A stretch of DNA of 64,000 nucleotides. It comes from an uncultured Verrucomicrobiae bacterium (GTDB taxonomy: Bacteria > Verrucomicrobiota > Verrucomicrobiia > Limisphaerales > JAFGQR01). The translations under genes were made by a program, and so were the position numbers. Under the pieces are notes generated by a model. The model worked only from the letters and a program-made list of their open reading frames with translations. It did not search any database and was not told where the DNA came from. Below, one piece after another: positions 61,688-64,000 of this stretch; the first letter of the stretch is position 1; the number at the start of each line of letters is the position of its first letter. Location of the stretch: the NCBI GenBank assembly GCA_963788655.1, contig CAWBHS010000110.1:139299-203298 (forward strand), written 5' to 3'.

Positions 61688-64000
61688 ATGGCATCAAATA
61701 TCAATCTTCATGGGAAGCAGACTATGCTGCGTTTGGCATGGTGTTTAATTCTGACGGCGTTCTTGGGCCTGGCATTCGGAGCTCAAGCCGCACCGGCTCC
61801 AGTCGTGGATCCGGATCTACCGGGAGTCACGGCCAACCTCGAGCTGATCCCGGCCGGCTCGCTGGTGATCCCGATGGACAACGCGCACCAGGATCTGACC
61901 GACAAGCCGTTCAACTTGAAAGCCTACGGTCTGGTCAACGCCCTCCTGTTGACCAACATCCCCATGAAGTGGGCCATTGCCGCCGGCAAGGCCAAAGACG
62001 GCATCGACTTCCAGGCCAGCGCCCGGCGCATCGCCCCAACGGAACAGAGCGCCACCGCCGTCAGCTTTCGGGCCGGACCGTTCATCGTGCATCGCGACTT
62101 CGTGGCGCGGGCACTCCCGGTGATCAGTGCGTTTGGTAGCCAGGTGGCCGTGTATGAATTGACCACCAACACGCTGGTGGACGTCCGTTACACACTGGGC
62201 CATAAACCGCAGGTTCTCGTCCTCGACGACGGCGGCACGGATGGTATCCACACTCGCATTCTGCAAGAGGCCGGTTTCAATCCGAGCCAATACGTCGTGG
62301 TGTCTGCCAAGGACGTGAAGAACTACGCATCCAACAGTTGCTACACCATTGTGACCGCCCCGCACTACAAAGAGGACCATGCCGATACGGAAGCATCCTC
62401 GATCCGCGCCTTCCTCGTGGCCGGCGGTAATTTTCTCGCCCAATGCGCCGCCGTTCGGACCTACGAAAACAATGAAACCTTTGGTCATTTCCACGGCTCC
62501 GAGGGTCTCAAGGACGACAATCGGGGGAGCGATATGAACTACGTCAACGCGGACATGGCCTTCAACCAATTCGAAGGCGAATTGAAGGACACCGGGGGCA
62601 GTCTCCAGGATTGGACCTTGGTGCCGGGTTCGTCGTTCGTGAACAACGGGCACATGTTGGTGCAGAACCAGGAAAAGTTGACCAGTATGGTCGCTGCCGC
62701 GGGCAAACTGCAACGCGGCAAAGTGGGTTCCATGGTGTTCTATCTGGGCGGCCATGATTACAAGGGCGAGCAAAATTGAAAATTACAACGGCCAGCGCAT
62801 GTACCTCAATGCCTTGTTCGTGCCGTCCGACCGGCCAACCGAGTGCGGCTTCAATTTCGGCACCGACCTGGCCGTGTCCGTCGATGACGGGGTCACGTCC
62901 GTGCAGCCCGGACAAAACCTCACCTATACCATTGTGGTGACCAATCGGGGACCTTCAAGTGTCAGCAGTGGCATCGTAACCGATGTATTTCCTACGGAAC
63001 TTTCCAATGTTCAATGGACCAGCACGGGCACCGGTGGCGCTGCTTCGGCCAGCACCATGGGCACCGGAAACATCCTTCAATTAGTGGACATCCCGGTTGG
63101 CGGTGCGGTGATCTTTACTGTAAACGCCCTCGTCGGCACAACCGCTTCCCTCGTGTTGAGCAACGCGGTGCAAGTCGAACCCCCGGCGCAAATGACGGAT
63201 ACGAATCCTGACAACAATGAAGCGTTTGATGTGGATCGATATCTAACCGAGGATTGCATTCCCATCACATTCGATTTCACTGGCAGCAGTGCGCTGGATG
63301 GCCTGGATGGCAACATCCGCACCTTCTTTGCCGACGGTGTGTCGGTGAACGCCAGCGCTTTCAGCCGAACCACCAGCGGCAGTTGGACTCCCGCCTGGCT
63401 GGGCAGCTATAGTCACGGCCTGGGCGTCACCGACGAGTCCGAAGGCAATGGCAGCAACGACCGGCACGTGGTGGACAACATCGGTCAATTCAACTATGTC
63501 CTCTTCGAATTCTCTGAGCCCATCATTGCCTCCCAGGCCTACCTCGACTATGTGCTTGATGACAGCGACATCACGGTGTGGATTGGCACGTTCAACGACC
63601 CCTTCAACCACCACCTCACTCTGAGCGACGCACTCCTGAGTAGTTTTGAACTCATCGAAGACAGCATCGCCAGCAACGGAGGCAACCGCTGGGCGTTTCT
63701 CAACGCCGACCAGATCTCCGGCAACGTCGTGGTGATTGCTCCCCGACCGGCGGCCAACTCCTACAACGACCAGTTCAAGCTTTCGAAGTTTGAAATCTGC
63801 AAGCCCAATCCACGCGCCGCCCTTGGCGACTATGTGTGGGCAGATTTGAACGGTGACGGACGACAGAGCATGAGCGAGCCGGGCGTGCCTGGGGTCCGTG
63901 TAAACCTGCAGACCTGCGCCGGGGCATTACTGGCCTCGACGACAACCGATACCAACGGAGTGTATTCATTCACTGGATTGCAGCCGGGAGCAATACATGG
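61688..64000 (+). CDS. Large secreted surface protein with DUF11 and SdrD B-like domains (frameshift ~62775, runs off the window)
   Basis: Signal peptide; after the shift 'TDLAVSVDDG...QPGQNLTYTIVVTNRGPS' (DUF11) and 'LGDYVWADLNGDGRQ...EPGVPGVRVNL...TTTDTNGVYSFTGLQPG' (SdrD B). Confidence 0.8.

Overview
A GC-rich bacterial chromosomal segment. Gene style and repeat types suggest Verrucomicrobiota (Pedosphaera/Limisphaerales-like); this is an inference, not a database result. Core genes: hom-thrC, tandem hrpB and hrpA helicases, a truncated complex I cluster (nuoA-B-C-D-I), MATE, SDR, DUF62 SAM hydrolase, pilT-like ATPase, sppA, upp, deoC, a VapBC-type pair, proS, rplU-rpmA-obgE, an NtrC-type regulator, class II fba, trpF and aspS. 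Secreted or accessory proteins: GH51 and GH10 enzymes, a CreD-like fusion, an FGE-fold lipoprotein with a Cys-rich partner, a ~2000-aa CotH/lamin-tail protein and its neighbour, and a DUF11/SdrD-repeat protein. Many frameshifts fall in essential genes (proS, aspS, hom, thrC) and are most likely assembly or polishing errors. The most notable signals are: (1) two adjacent secreted proteins ending in the same ~75-aa domain with a terminal FYRIVTPxMx motif, a candidate sorting or secretion signal; (2) at least seven REP/REPIN/MITE-like palindromic families plus periodic 7-9-nt inverted-repeat elements, stacked in intergenic hotspots with no transposase in the window; (3) decayed attC-like sites without an integrase next to aspS; (4) a nuoABCDI cluster lacking nuoE-H and nuoJ-N; (5) a three-way-junction candidate leader upstream of the CreD-like fusion. 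No rRNA, tRNA or CRISPR array was found.
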